Shown: positions 7,490 to 15,579 of the stretch, piece by piece
Layout of the letters: each line of letters begins with the position of its first letter
Position numbering within the stretch: position 1 is the first letter of the stretch
Assembly (NCBI RefSeq): GCF_000011005.1
Contig: NC_013665.1
Span: forward strand, 1,265,437-1,289,436
DNA: 24,000 nt
From: Methanocella paludicola SANAE
GTDB lineage: Archaea > Halobacteriota > Methanocellia > Methanocellales > Methanocellaceae
Direction of reading: 5' to 3'
The notes under the pieces: model-generated
The model's input: only the letters and a program-made list of their open reading frames with translations
Database searches by the model: none
Told to the model about the DNA's origin: nothing
Position numbers and translations under genes: made by a program

Positions 7490-7848
7490 TCAAATTAAGG
7501 CGTTGACCTCTAATTCCCTGATAATGCGGGCGACGGCGTCTTCGGCGTCTTCGGCGTCTTGCTGCCCGTGATGACCATCTTGCCGCTGCCGAATAACAGC
7601 ACGGCGACCTTTGGCGGGTCCAGCCTGAGCACGAGGCCGGGGAACTGCTCGGGCTCATATTCGACGTTCTCGAGCCCGAAGGCAATGCAAACGGAGTTCA
7701 GGTTGAGCAGGCACCCCAGGTCAGCCGACGAGACAATGTTCTGCACGGTGGCCTGCGGCTTCGGCTTTACTTCGATACCGACGCTATTCATTTTACTGAA
7801 CACCTCATCAAGGCCCTTGCCGACATCCGCGACAATGGAAAGAGCTGG
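7490..7848 (-). pseudogene. tbp: TATA-box-binding protein relic: end of repeat 1, linker and repeat 2 only, with a frameshift near the C-terminus
   Basis: The minus-strand reading '..ADVGKGLDEVFSKMNSVGIEVKPKPQATVQNIVSSADLGCLLNLNSVCIAFGLENVEYEPEQFPGLVLRLDPPKVAVLLFGSGKMVITGSK' is colinear with helix 2 of repeat 1, the linker and repeat 2 of archaeal TBPs. After 'GSKTP' the listed frame gives 'KTPKTPSPALSGN*'. The adjacent frame gives 'EDAEDAVARIIRELEVNALI*' (stop 7490-7492), which matches the canonical TBP C-terminal helix. The first repeat (roughly 65 aa) is absent and an in-frame stop lies at 7852-7854. Confidence 0.75.
7534..7560. repeat. Perfect 9-bp tandem repeat x3 (cggcgtctt) inside the TBP relic
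   Basis: Three identical units were read directly at 7534-7542, 7543-7551 and 7552-7560. The TBP frame change maps at or next to this tract. Confidence 0.95.
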
Positions 7849-7943
7849 GCATTAATAAGTCTACGCTCTGGTATATCCAGAAAAACCTCCGCGAGGGCAA
7901 GAAGGCCAAGCTATACGATAAGGTCAAGGCTAAAATTTCTTAA
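7833..7943 (+). pseudogene. Start-less copy of a small HTH-like ORF (paralog of 14861..14983)
   Basis: The frame reads '..RQWKELGINKSTLWYIQKNLREGKKAKLYDKVKAKIS*' (stop 7941-7943). It parallels 'RRQGLSINKSTLWHIQKNLLHGKKVKLYDKVRAKIV*' encoded at 14861..14983. There is no ATG/GTG/TTG in frame back to the stop at 7704-7706. The nucleotide homology starts at about 7849, where the TBP homology on the other strand ends. Confidence 0.5.
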
Positions 7944-7971
7944 TGTTACTCTTTGCTTGTTTTTACATTAG

Positions 7972-7987
7972 CCTGAAAATATAAATA
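7972..7987 (+). promoter_or_regulatory. BRE/TATA-like box shared by two kinase genes (copy 1, upstream of 8083..10644)
   Basis: The exact 16-mer cctgaaaatataaata also occurs at 10680-10695. It has a purine-rich BRE-like part (gaaaa) followed by tataaata. Confidence 0.45.
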
Positions 7988-8049
7988 TGTACGATTCTTC
8001 ATTATCATTATATGCGCCCTGAACCCGCCGCTTCAAACTTGCCGGATGT

Positions 8050-8071
8050 AGAGAGAGAGAGAGAGAGAGAG
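8050..8071. repeat. (AG)11 dinucleotide microsatellite, a polypurine/polypyrimidine mirror repeat
   Basis: Read directly: agagagagagagagagagagag at 8050-8071. It ends on the G of GTG 8071 and lies 12 nt upstream of ATG 8083 of the first kinase gene. Confidence 0.95.
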
Positions 8072-8082
8072 TGGCGTTTGCC

Positions 8083-10644
8083 ATGAAAGGCTCCGGGGAG
8101 TTGAGGGCTTTTATCGATGGGTTTTTGGGAAGCGTTCCCGGGGCGTTCATCGTTCTCGATAAGGAGTGGCGTCTTGTCTACTTGAATAGCGATGCCCTGC
8201 GGTTATTCACTGGTAATAATGAATCGCTGATAGGACGGCCGCTCGAGGAAGTATATCCGAGACGGTTTAGCCACCTGATTTCTCCTCAGACGATACGGGG
8301 ACTATTAGAGGGTAAAGAAAATACCGATGACAGGTACTCGAACGATTTTCGTAAATGGTTCAGGATATCGGCATATTCTACCGATTCTGGCATCTTCATC
8401 CGGCTTGAAGATATTACGCTGGAAAAGGCCGCGAACCGTTCGCGGATTATTAACCAGTTCTCGGTTGATCGTGCCGGGGATATGATTCTCTGGTTTAAGC
8501 CCAATGGCCATATAATTTATGCGAATGAGACTTCGAGCAAATCGCTAAAATTTGATCGGAGAGAACTGGCGAGCATGATGGTGACGGATATCGATCCGTC
8601 TTTCACGGACAATAAGTGGGCCGCATTCGTCGAAGACCTGAGAACGAGGGACTCGGTGGTCTACGAGTCGAGCCTCCGGGCCAGTAACAGGTCTTTCATC
8701 CAGGTGGAAGTGTCCTGGAATTACATGGTTTATTATGGTGAAGAATACCTGATCGCGTCCGCACGGGATATCACCGAGCGCAAGCGTGCTGAGAAGGCGT
8801 TACGCGAAAGTGAGGAGAAGTATAGGGTTCTTGTCGAGAACGTTAACGATATCGTCTGGCAAATAGACGAGAAATTTGTCTACACATACATTAGCCCGCA
8901 AATTTACGACGCCTGGGGCTATACTCCTGAGGAGGTCGTCGGTAAGACCCCGATGGATTTTATGCCCCCTGATGAGGCAGAGCAAGTATCTAAGTCCCTG
9001 GAAGATGTGGCCAGAAAAAGGGACAAGTTGTTTATGTATGAGAATCAGCACATCCGTAAAGATGGCCGAATCATGTATATGGAGGTGTCCGGCCAGCCGA
9101 TCATCGATGAGAACGGCGTTTATAGGGGATACCGGGGCGTCGCCAGAGACATCACCGAGCGTAAGCATACCGAAGTGGCGCTGCAAAAGAGCGAGGCAAG
9201 CCTTGCCAGAGCCCAATTCCTCGCTCATATTGGGAACTGGAGTTGGGATTTAGGCACGAACGAGCTCGAATATTCGGATGAATGTTACCGTTTGCTCGGG
9301 TATAAGCCCGGTGAAATTAAGCCCGTTCCCTTCGACTTCTTCACTTCCCACATCCACCCTGATGATAAAGGATCCTTTTTTAATGCTATCCGTGAATCCA
9401 TTCAGGACGTTAAGCCATTCAGCATCGACTTCCGTTTAGTCAAACCTGATGGTACTATCGTCTATATGCACGACGATGGGGAGGTGCAATATGATGCCTG
9501 GGGTAAACCAGTCAGGATGTTCGGGACGGTGCAAGACATCACCGAGCACAAGCGGGCCGAAGAGGCGCTGCGGGAGAGCGAGGAAAAGTTCCGAAAATTT
9601 TTTGACATACCGTTGATAGGTGCGGCTATTACTTCGCCGGAGAAGCGATTTATTCTGGTCAACGATAAATTGTGTGAAATGTTCGGCTATTCCCGAGAGG
9701 AACTGTTAAAAACTAGCTGGGATAAAATTACCAGTCCGGAAGACATGCCCAGGAATTTGGACGCCTTTAAAAGGCTAATGTCTGGCGAGATAGATACCTA
9801 TACTTTTGAAAAGCGGTTCATCCATAAAAATGGCAGCATCGTTTATGTGTTATTGTCTGTCGAATGTATTCGCCGTGAGGATGGGACGGTCGATTATTTG
9901 ATATCCAACTATAACGATATCACCAAGCGCAAGCATGCTGAGATAGCTTTACAAGAGGCAAAAAATCAGGCGGAAATATACCTGGATTTAATGGGACATG
10001 ATATTAATAACCTGAACCAGATCGCTCTCGGATATCTTGAACTGGCCAACGACCAGCTAAAGGATGATAAGGTCAGAGAGCTTATTTCAAAGCCCGTCGA
10101 GGTCATAACGAGCAGCTCCAACCTGATAGAGAATGTGAGAAAGCTCCAAAAATCAAGGACACACGGGCTTAGGATAGAAGCTATAGATTTGAACGATGTG
10201 CTGTCCAGGTTGAAAACACATTACTCTAAAGTGCCCGATAAAGAGGTCCATATTGAGCTTACTTCGAGTCCAAATGCTTTTATCATGGCTAACGGGCTTA
10301 TTAACGACGTATTCTCCAATCTTATAATAAATGCGATCAAACACTCCAACAATGCTAAACCCGTAAATATCTGCATACGATTAGAACGTGTAACCGGGGT
10401 AAAGGAACTTATCAAGGTGGCTATCGAGGATAACGGCCCGGGCATCCCGGACGAAATTAAGAATAAACTGTTCACCCGCTTCCAGAGAGGCAATACCAAA
10501 GCGACCGGTAAAGGCCTTGGATTATATCTCGTGAAGACTCTGCTTGACGACTTCCACGGAAAAGTATGGGCAGAAGATCGTGTTCAAGGGGATTATACCC
10601 GGGGCAGCAGGTTCGTGGTCACGCTGCCGGCCGTAGAAAAGTGA
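8083..10644 (+). CDS. Soluble multi-PAS sensor histidine kinase (5 PAS/PAC modules + H-box + HATPase_c)
   Basis: Five PAS-like modules each end in a 'DIT..K..E..L' linker (EDITLEKA, DITERKRAEKAL, DITERKHTEVAL, DITEHKRAEEAL, DITKRKHAEIAL). The H-box is 'EIYLDLMGHDINNLNQ', the N-box 'NLIINAIKHS', G1 'EDNGPGIP' and G2 'GKGLGLYLV'. No TM segment is present. The ORF opens at GTG 8071, but I prefer ATG 8083. Confidence 0.9.
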   Translation: MKGSGELRAFIDGFLGSVPGAFIVLDKEWRLVYLNSDALRLFTGNNESLIGRPLEEVYPRRFSHLISPQTIRGLLEGKENTDDRYSNDFRKWFRISAYSTDSGIFIRLEDITLEKAANRSRIINQFSVDRAGDMILWFKPNGHIIYANETSSKSLKFDRRELASMMVTDIDPSFTDNKWAAFVEDLRTRDSVVYESSLRASNRSFIQVEVSWNYMVYYGEEYLIASARDITERKRAEKALRESEEKYRVLVENVNDIVWQIDEKFVYTYISPQIYDAWGYTPEEVVGKTPMDFMPPDEAEQVSKSLEDVARKRDKLFMYENQHIRKDGRIMYMEVSGQPIIDENGVYRGYRGVARDITERKHTEVALQKSEASLARAQFLAHIGNWSWDLGTNELEYSDECYRLLGYKPGEIKPVPFDFFTSHIHPDDKGSFFNAIRESIQDVKPFSIDFRLVKPDGTIVYMHDDGEVQYDAWGKPVRMFGTVQDITEHKRAEEALRESEEKFRKFFDIPLIGAAITSPEKRFILVNDKLCEMFGYSREELLKTSWDKITSPEDMPRNLDAFKRLMSGEIDTYTFEKRFIHKNGSIVYVLLSVECIRREDGTVDYLISNYNDITKRKHAEIALQEAKNQAEIYLDLMGHDINNLNQIALGYLELANDQLKDDKVRELISKPVEVITSSSNLIENVRKLQKSRTHGLRIEAIDLNDVLSRLKTHYSKVPDKEVHIELTSSPNAFIMANGLINDVFSNLIINAIKHSNNAKPVNICIRLERVTGVKELIKVAIEDNGPGIPDEIKNKLFTRFQRGNTKATGKGLGLYLVKTLLDDFHGKVWAEDRVQGDYTRGSRFVVTLPAVEK

Positions 10645-10679
10645 TTATTTTATCCTCGTCGTATTAGTGGTTGCAGGGT

Positions 10680-10695
10680 CCTGAAAATATAAATA
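10680..10695 (+). promoter_or_regulatory. BRE/TATA-like box shared by two kinase genes (copy 2, upstream of 10729..12354)
   Basis: This is the same 16-mer as at 7972-7987. The tataaata ends 33 nt before ATG 10729, which would give a very short leader. Confidence 0.5.
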
Positions 10696-10728
10696 CGAGG
10701 TGTTCATTTCACTTTATTATAATATGTT

Positions 10729-12354
10729 ATGAGCCCAAAATTCGCTTCCGCCACCCCATCGGATGTCAATAAGACGAGGGAACAACTTTTATCGGAATTG
10801 CACGAGCTTAGGGCTCAAGTAGATATTCTAAGGGAAGCCGGGGTTAAGAGTAAGGACATGGCTGAAGACCTGCGGGAAAGCGAGAAAAATCTATTATTAG
10901 CCCAGAGAATTTCCCATCTTGGATTTTGGGTTTGGGATATTGACAAGGACGTTCTGGAATGGTCGGATGAGGTTTATCGTATACTTGGATTGACGCCGCA
11001 AGAATTCCGGCCTAGTTATGAGTTGTTTTTAAGCTTTGTACATCCAGAAGACCGGGGACTGGTAAGTATTGCCGTTCAAGATGCCCTGGATGGAAAAAAG
11101 CCTTACGGCATCGACTGGCGTATTCTAAGAAGGGGTGGCTCAGCGGGCTACGCTCATAGCGAAGAAGTAGTATCATACTCGAATGGCAAGCCTGTTCGCA
11201 TGATCGGAACTATTCTGGACATCACCGAACTCATGCGGGCCGAGGAAGCGTTGCGTAACAGTGAACGCCTGTATCGTGCCATTGGGGAGTCGATCGACTA
11301 TGGCGTGTGGGTGTGCGCCCCCGATGGGCGTAACATCTATGCGAGCGAGTCGTTCCTGAAGCTGGTCGGGCTTATACAGCAGCAATGTTCTGACTTCGGG
11401 TGGGGCGATGTGCTCCATCCTGACGATGCTGAGCGCACCATCGAAGCGTGGAAGGAGTGCGTACGCGCCGAAGGGACATGGGATATAGAGCATCGCTATC
11501 GGGGGGTTGACGGTCAGTATCATCCTATCCTGGCGCGCGGCGTGCCGGTGCGCGATGAGCATGGTAAGATCATATGCTGGGCAGGTATCAACCTCGATAT
11601 CAGCAGGCTCAAGCGGACAGAGGCGGAACTGAAGGAAGCCAAGGCGCAGGCCGAACTATACCTGGACCTAATGGGCCACGATATTAATAACATGAACCAG
11701 GTGGGCATTGGCAACCTCGAGCTCGCCCTCGAGACGTTAAAGGAAGATGGCAGGGTCAAGAAAGAAGACCTGGAGCTTCTGGAGAAGTCCCTGCATGCCA
11801 TCACGGATAGCAGCCGGCTTATCGATAATGTGAGAAAGCTCCGGTCGACTATGTCCAAAGAACATCAGCTCCAGCCGATCGACCTGAAAGAAGTCCTCCT
11901 GGGCGTTAAAGAACAGTTCTCGAAGACCAACGGCCAAGATGTCACGATCAATTATACGCCCATCGAGGGCCACGTCATGGCGACCGACCTGGTCAGGGAC
12001 GTATTCATCAACATCGTCGGGAATGCCATCAAGCACTCCGACGCTAATAAGCCCCTGGAGATAAACATAAGCCAGTTCCACATCTATGGCACCGACGAGA
12101 GTTACCACAAGGTCATCATCGAGGACAACGGCCCCGGCATACCGGACGAATTGAAAACTCGTATATTCAACCGGTTCGAGCGGGGCAACACGAAGGCAAA
12201 GGGGAAAGGCCTGGGACTCTTCCTGGTGAAGACGCTCGTACATGATTTCAACGGCAAGATATGGGTGGAGGACCGTGTCCCCGGCGACCATACGAAGGGC
12301 GCCAGGTTCATGGTCGTGCTTCCGGCGGTTGAAAAGGTTGACGAGAAGCCTTAA
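10729..12354 (+). CDS. Soluble PAS sensor histidine kinase (2 PAS modules + H-box + HATPase_c)
   Basis: The N-terminus is coiled-coil-like. The PAS modules end in 'DITELMRAEEAL' and 'DISRLKRTEAEL'. The H-box is 'ELYLDLMGHDINNMNQ', with 'NIVGNAIKHS', 'EDNGPGIP' and 'GKGLGLFLV'. Confidence 0.9.
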   Translation: MSPKFASATPSDVNKTREQLLSELHELRAQVDILREAGVKSKDMAEDLRESEKNLLLAQRISHLGFWVWDIDKDVLEWSDEVYRILGLTPQEFRPSYELFLSFVHPEDRGLVSIAVQDALDGKKPYGIDWRILRRGGSAGYAHSEEVVSYSNGKPVRMIGTILDITELMRAEEALRNSERLYRAIGESIDYGVWVCAPDGRNIYASESFLKLVGLIQQQCSDFGWGDVLHPDDAERTIEAWKECVRAEGTWDIEHRYRGVDGQYHPILARGVPVRDEHGKIICWAGINLDISRLKRTEAELKEAKAQAELYLDLMGHDINNMNQVGIGNLELALETLKEDGRVKKEDLELLEKSLHAITDSSRLIDNVRKLRSTMSKEHQLQPIDLKEVLLGVKEQFSKTNGQDVTINYTPIEGHVMATDLVRDVFINIVGNAIKHSDANKPLEINISQFHIYGTDESYHKVIIEDNGPGIPDELKTRIFNRFERGNTKAKGKGLGLFLVKTLVHDFNGKIWVEDRVPGDHTKGARFMVVLPAVEKVDEKP

Positions 12355-12383
12355 GGCTTATAAAAAACTCCTAATAATAACAA

Positions 12384-14723
12384 CTATTCAATGGCCGGCA
12401 GCATGACCACGAACCTGGCGCCCTTCGTATGGTCTCCATTCACCCGGTCTTCCACATACACCCGGCCATTATAGCTTTCTACGAGTGACTTGACCAGGTA
12501 CAATCCGAGGCCCATGCCCCGGGCTTTATTTGTACCCTTCAGCGTCCGGTTGAATATCCTGTCCTTCGACTCGTCCGGTATGCCCGGCCCGTCGTCCTCC
12601 ACGATCACGCGGCAATACTGCCTGTCATTATCCTTTACTATATCCAGGCCAACGATGATGTCCGCTTTGTCCCCGGTATGCTTGACCGCATTGCTTACAA
12701 GGTTGGCGAAGACATCGTGTAACAGCTCATTTGCCCGGACAATACAACCCTCATGACCATTTACATTTAACATTACACGCTTATTGGGAATAGCTCCATA
12801 CTCCCCCTGCACGTCCACAAGCATCCTGCTCACGTTTATTTTCTGGGTCTGGAACACGCCCTCACGGTGCTTTTGCAGCTTCCTCACATTCTGGATGAGC
12901 CGGGCACTCCTCTGGAGCACCTCCACCGGCTTATTTAGCAGCCTCGCCTGCTCCTCACCCGGTGGCATGTTACTGGCTAATTCCAGGTAACCCAAAGCCA
13001 CCTGGTGCATATTGTTAATATCATGGCCCATCAGGTCGAGGTAGAGCTCGGCTTGAACCCTGGCCTTATTTAACTCTTCCTCGGCCATCTTGAGCGGGGT
13101 TATATCGTTGCCGATAGAAAATAGTCCGGCTACGTTACCCTCATCGTCGTAGATGGCCTTATTGGTCCAGGAGATCCAGACGAGCTCGCCGTTCTTGCGC
13201 CTGTTCTGGTGGACGTTCATCCGGTACGCTTCCGGATGCTGTAACAGGTCATCCAGCATCATGGCAAGGTTCCTGCCCGCAGAATCGGTCGCTGGAATGA
13301 TCGTCCCTATCGCGTTCCTGCCCAGGATTTCCTCCCCGGTATAGCCGAAGAACCGCTGGGCGTACTCGTTGAAATACGTGATGTTGCCGTCCCGGTCCGC
13401 CCGCAGGATGATGCTGTTGGCATTCTCAACAAGCTCCCGATACCGTTCCTTACTCTCCCTCAGCGCCCCCTCAGCCTGCTTACGCTCGGTGATATCTTCT
13501 ATGACAGCAATGATACGGGGCTCTTCATGGTCGCTATTACGCATCAATGAAACGTTCACGCGAGCCCAGATGGTCCTGCCACTCGCATGTACATAGCGTA
13601 GGTCACGCATGAATGACGAAGCCTCCCCTCTTACCAGGCGCTGGACTTCGGCAATATCCATAGCCTGATCATCCGGATGGACAATATCCTCACAGCCCAT
13701 CGTCAATAATTTTTCACGACTATAGCCCGTGATCTCGCAGAACCGATCGTTGACCGCCTGGTACCCGCGATCGACATCGGCGATGAGTATACCGGTGGCC
13801 GCATTATCGAAGACCTTACGGAACCGTTCCTCGCTCTCCTGTAATACTTTCTCGGCCTGCTTGCGTTCGGTGATGTCCCGGTCGAACGTGATCAGATATT
13901 CCTCATCCCCATACCGTGTGTAACAGGACGTGACTTCCACGGGGAACACCCGTCCGTCACTGGCCACGTGCGTGGACTCGAACTTCGTATTGTGGTCCAG
14001 CATCCTCACTGGCCACAATTCCCAGATCTTCTCCGGCGAGTAGCCAGGGTCTATGTCCCATATATGCATGGATAATAGTTCTTCCCTCGAATATCCGAGG
14101 GACCTGCACGCCGCCTGGTTCACGTAGGCGAGGCGCCCATCCTTCGTAACCCAGATGGCGGAATCCCCGAAATTATCCAGGGCGAACTGGGTGAGCTTCA
14201 ACGCCTCCTCGGCCCGCTTACGTTCGGTGATGTCCTTGAACACCGCCAGGATGGCCGACGCTCCTTTGTAGGTGAACCTCATCGCCCAGACGTCCACGTC
14301 CACAGCCCGGCCGTCGACACGGAGGTACTTCTCCTCGACAATAGGCACGGCGCTTTCGCTACCGATCATCGCATTGATACGGTCCTGCACAATTTCCCGG
14401 TAGTCGGGATGGATGATGTCCTCCAGTGCCTTTCCCACGACTTCGCCGGGATCCGGCGCCCCCAGGATCCGGGCCCCGGCCTCGTTGATGTAGGCGACCC
14501 TGTTACCGACGTTGACCCACATCCCGTACAATTTCTGCTCCAGTAGCTGGCGGGTCATCTCGTCATTTTTCCCTAAATCGGCTTCCAGCTGCTCTACTCT
14601 GGCCTTATATTTTTCGAGGTCTGCATTTCGGGCTTTTAGCCCGGCGATGAGCCGGTCCCTGTCACCGGAATCTGCGCTATGTGTACTGCCAGACTTCTTC
14701 CCGGGCTTGGATCTCGATGCCAT
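12384..14723 (-). CDS. Soluble multi-PAS sensor histidine kinase (4 PAS modules + H-box + HATPase_c)
   Basis: The N-terminus is coiled-coil-like. The PAS modules end in 'DITERKRAEEAL', 'DITERKQAEKVL', 'DITERKQAEGAL' and 'DITPLKMAEEEL'. The H-box is 'ELYLDLMGHDINNMHQ', with 'NLVSNAVKHT', 'EDDGPGIP' and 'GMGLGLYLV'. Confidence 0.9.
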   Translation of the reverse strand: MASRSKPGKKSGSTHSADSGDRDRLIAGLKARNADLEKYKARVEQLEADLGKNDEMTRQLLEQKLYGMWVNVGNRVAYINEAGARILGAPDPGEVVGKALEDIIHPDYREIVQDRINAMIGSESAVPIVEEKYLRVDGRAVDVDVWAMRFTYKGASAILAVFKDITERKRAEEALKLTQFALDNFGDSAIWVTKDGRLAYVNQAACRSLGYSREELLSMHIWDIDPGYSPEKIWELWPVRMLDHNTKFESTHVASDGRVFPVEVTSCYTRYGDEEYLITFDRDITERKQAEKVLQESEERFRKVFDNAATGILIADVDRGYQAVNDRFCEITGYSREKLLTMGCEDIVHPDDQAMDIAEVQRLVRGEASSFMRDLRYVHASGRTIWARVNVSLMRNSDHEEPRIIAVIEDITERKQAEGALRESKERYRELVENANSIILRADRDGNITYFNEYAQRFFGYTGEEILGRNAIGTIIPATDSAGRNLAMMLDDLLQHPEAYRMNVHQNRRKNGELVWISWTNKAIYDDEGNVAGLFSIGNDITPLKMAEEELNKARVQAELYLDLMGHDINNMHQVALGYLELASNMPPGEEQARLLNKPVEVLQRSARLIQNVRKLQKHREGVFQTQKINVSRMLVDVQGEYGAIPNKRVMLNVNGHEGCIVRANELLHDVFANLVSNAVKHTGDKADIIVGLDIVKDNDRQYCRVIVEDDGPGIPDESKDRIFNRTLKGTNKARGMGLGLYLVKSLVESYNGRVYVEDRVNGDHTKGARFVVMLPAIE

Positions 14724-14860
14724 GCTACCGCCTCGACAAAAAAATACTAGTAATCATAAGATTTAGAAACCTTATAATTATTCTGAATTAATTCTTCCAC
14801 GATGTATTATAAATATTTTATAATCAACTAAAGGCTACTTGGCCAGGCCTAATTTTAGCA

Positions 14861-14983
14861 TTAAACGATCTTAGCCCTCACCTTATCATATAACTTGACC
14901 TTCTTACCATGCAGTAAATTTTTCTGGATATGCCAGAGCGTTGACTTATTAATGCTGAGCCCCTGCCGCCGTTCCGGCGTCAT
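14861..14983 (-). CDS. 40-aa small ORF with an HTH recognition-helix-like segment, coupled to the upstream 167-aa ORF
   Basis: The ORF reads 'MTPERRQGLSINKSTLWHIQKNLLHGKKVKLYDKVRAKIV' and falls below the 60-aa track cutoff. Its ATG 14983 lies 1 nt after the TGA (14985-14987) of the upstream ORF. The paralogous copy at 7833..7943 differs largely at third-codon or conservative positions (tct/tca, cta/tta, tac/tat, gtc/gtg, aaa/aag, att/atc), which suggests protein-level constraint. Confidence 0.45.
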   Translation of the reverse strand: MTPERRQGLSINKSTLWHIQKNLLHGKKVKLYDKVRAKIV

Positions 14984-14984
14984 G

Positions 14985-15488
14985 TCATAGCTCGGCATAA
15001 TTCTGGTATACGATAAAGGCGACTACAGGCATCGCAGCCTTACCGATGGCGTCGGTATGGATCAGCCTTGCCCTAACACCATTCTTAAAAAGCGTGACAA
15101 AGCTTTTTTGCATGACGAACTCGAGGTAGTCGTCCCAGGCATCATACGTTTTTTGGACTTCCTGGCAAAAACGCCGGTATTCCAGGTAGGCGCACAGCAG
15201 CGTGTAGTTGATCTCCTCGTGCGTCTCCTGCAGGCTCTCAGCGCCGATGACGTTCACTACATCCTCGGAAAGGACCGTCAGGCACCCGTAGCGCTCATCC
15301 TCGACATCGTAGACCTCCCCGACCGCGAAGCACCTGTCGGCGCTGTTGATCTCGACGGCGAACATGGCACAGACGTCCTGTAAGAGGGCCGGGTCGTTGA
15401 CAAGCCCGGCTATGCTGTCCTTCGCCTGCTCGTCAGTGATGGCGCCGCTCTTGTTTTCTGAGAAATAAGCTTCTAATGGATGGGACAA
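14985..15488 (-). CDS. Hypothetical acidic cytoplasmic protein (167 aa), no recognised family
   Basis: This is the long ORF on the strand, with a TTG start at 15488 preceded by GAGGT 4 nt upstream (minus-strand reading '..gaggtcataTTG'). I found no TM segment and no motif I can assign. Confidence 0.55.
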   Translation of the reverse strand: MSHPLEAYFSENKSGAITDEQAKDSIAGLVNDPALLQDVCAMFAVEINSADRCFAVGEVYDVEDERYGCLTVLSEDVVNVIGAESLQETHEEINYTLLCAYLEYRRFCQEVQKTYDAWDDYLEFVMQKSFVTLFKNGVRARLIHTDAIGKAAMPVVAFIVYQNYAEL

Positions 15489-15579
15489 TATGACCTCTTC
15501 CCCTAATTATCATGTCTTCCCATATACTTTTTACCGGCCACGAAAATGATTATATCCCACACACGGTATTTAATATTCA

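Noticed and set aside
7446-7685. Listed 79-aa minus-strand ORF with an R11 run ('ARRRRRRRRRRP').
   Set aside because: It is the third reading frame through the (cggcgtctt)x3 tract of the TBP relic. The poly-Arg is a frame artefact of the repeat, and the rest has no protein-like features.
122-15383. Numerous long antisense or alternate-frame ORFs inside the large genes, for example 122..568, 1149..1700, 3728..4324, 8800..9228, 11737..12291, 13369..13596 and 15057..15383.
   Set aside because: Each lies wholly within a CDS that has clear family motifs on the other strand or frame. Their compositions (Arg/Ser/Pro/Ala-rich) are typical of shadow ORFs in GC-moderate coding DNA.
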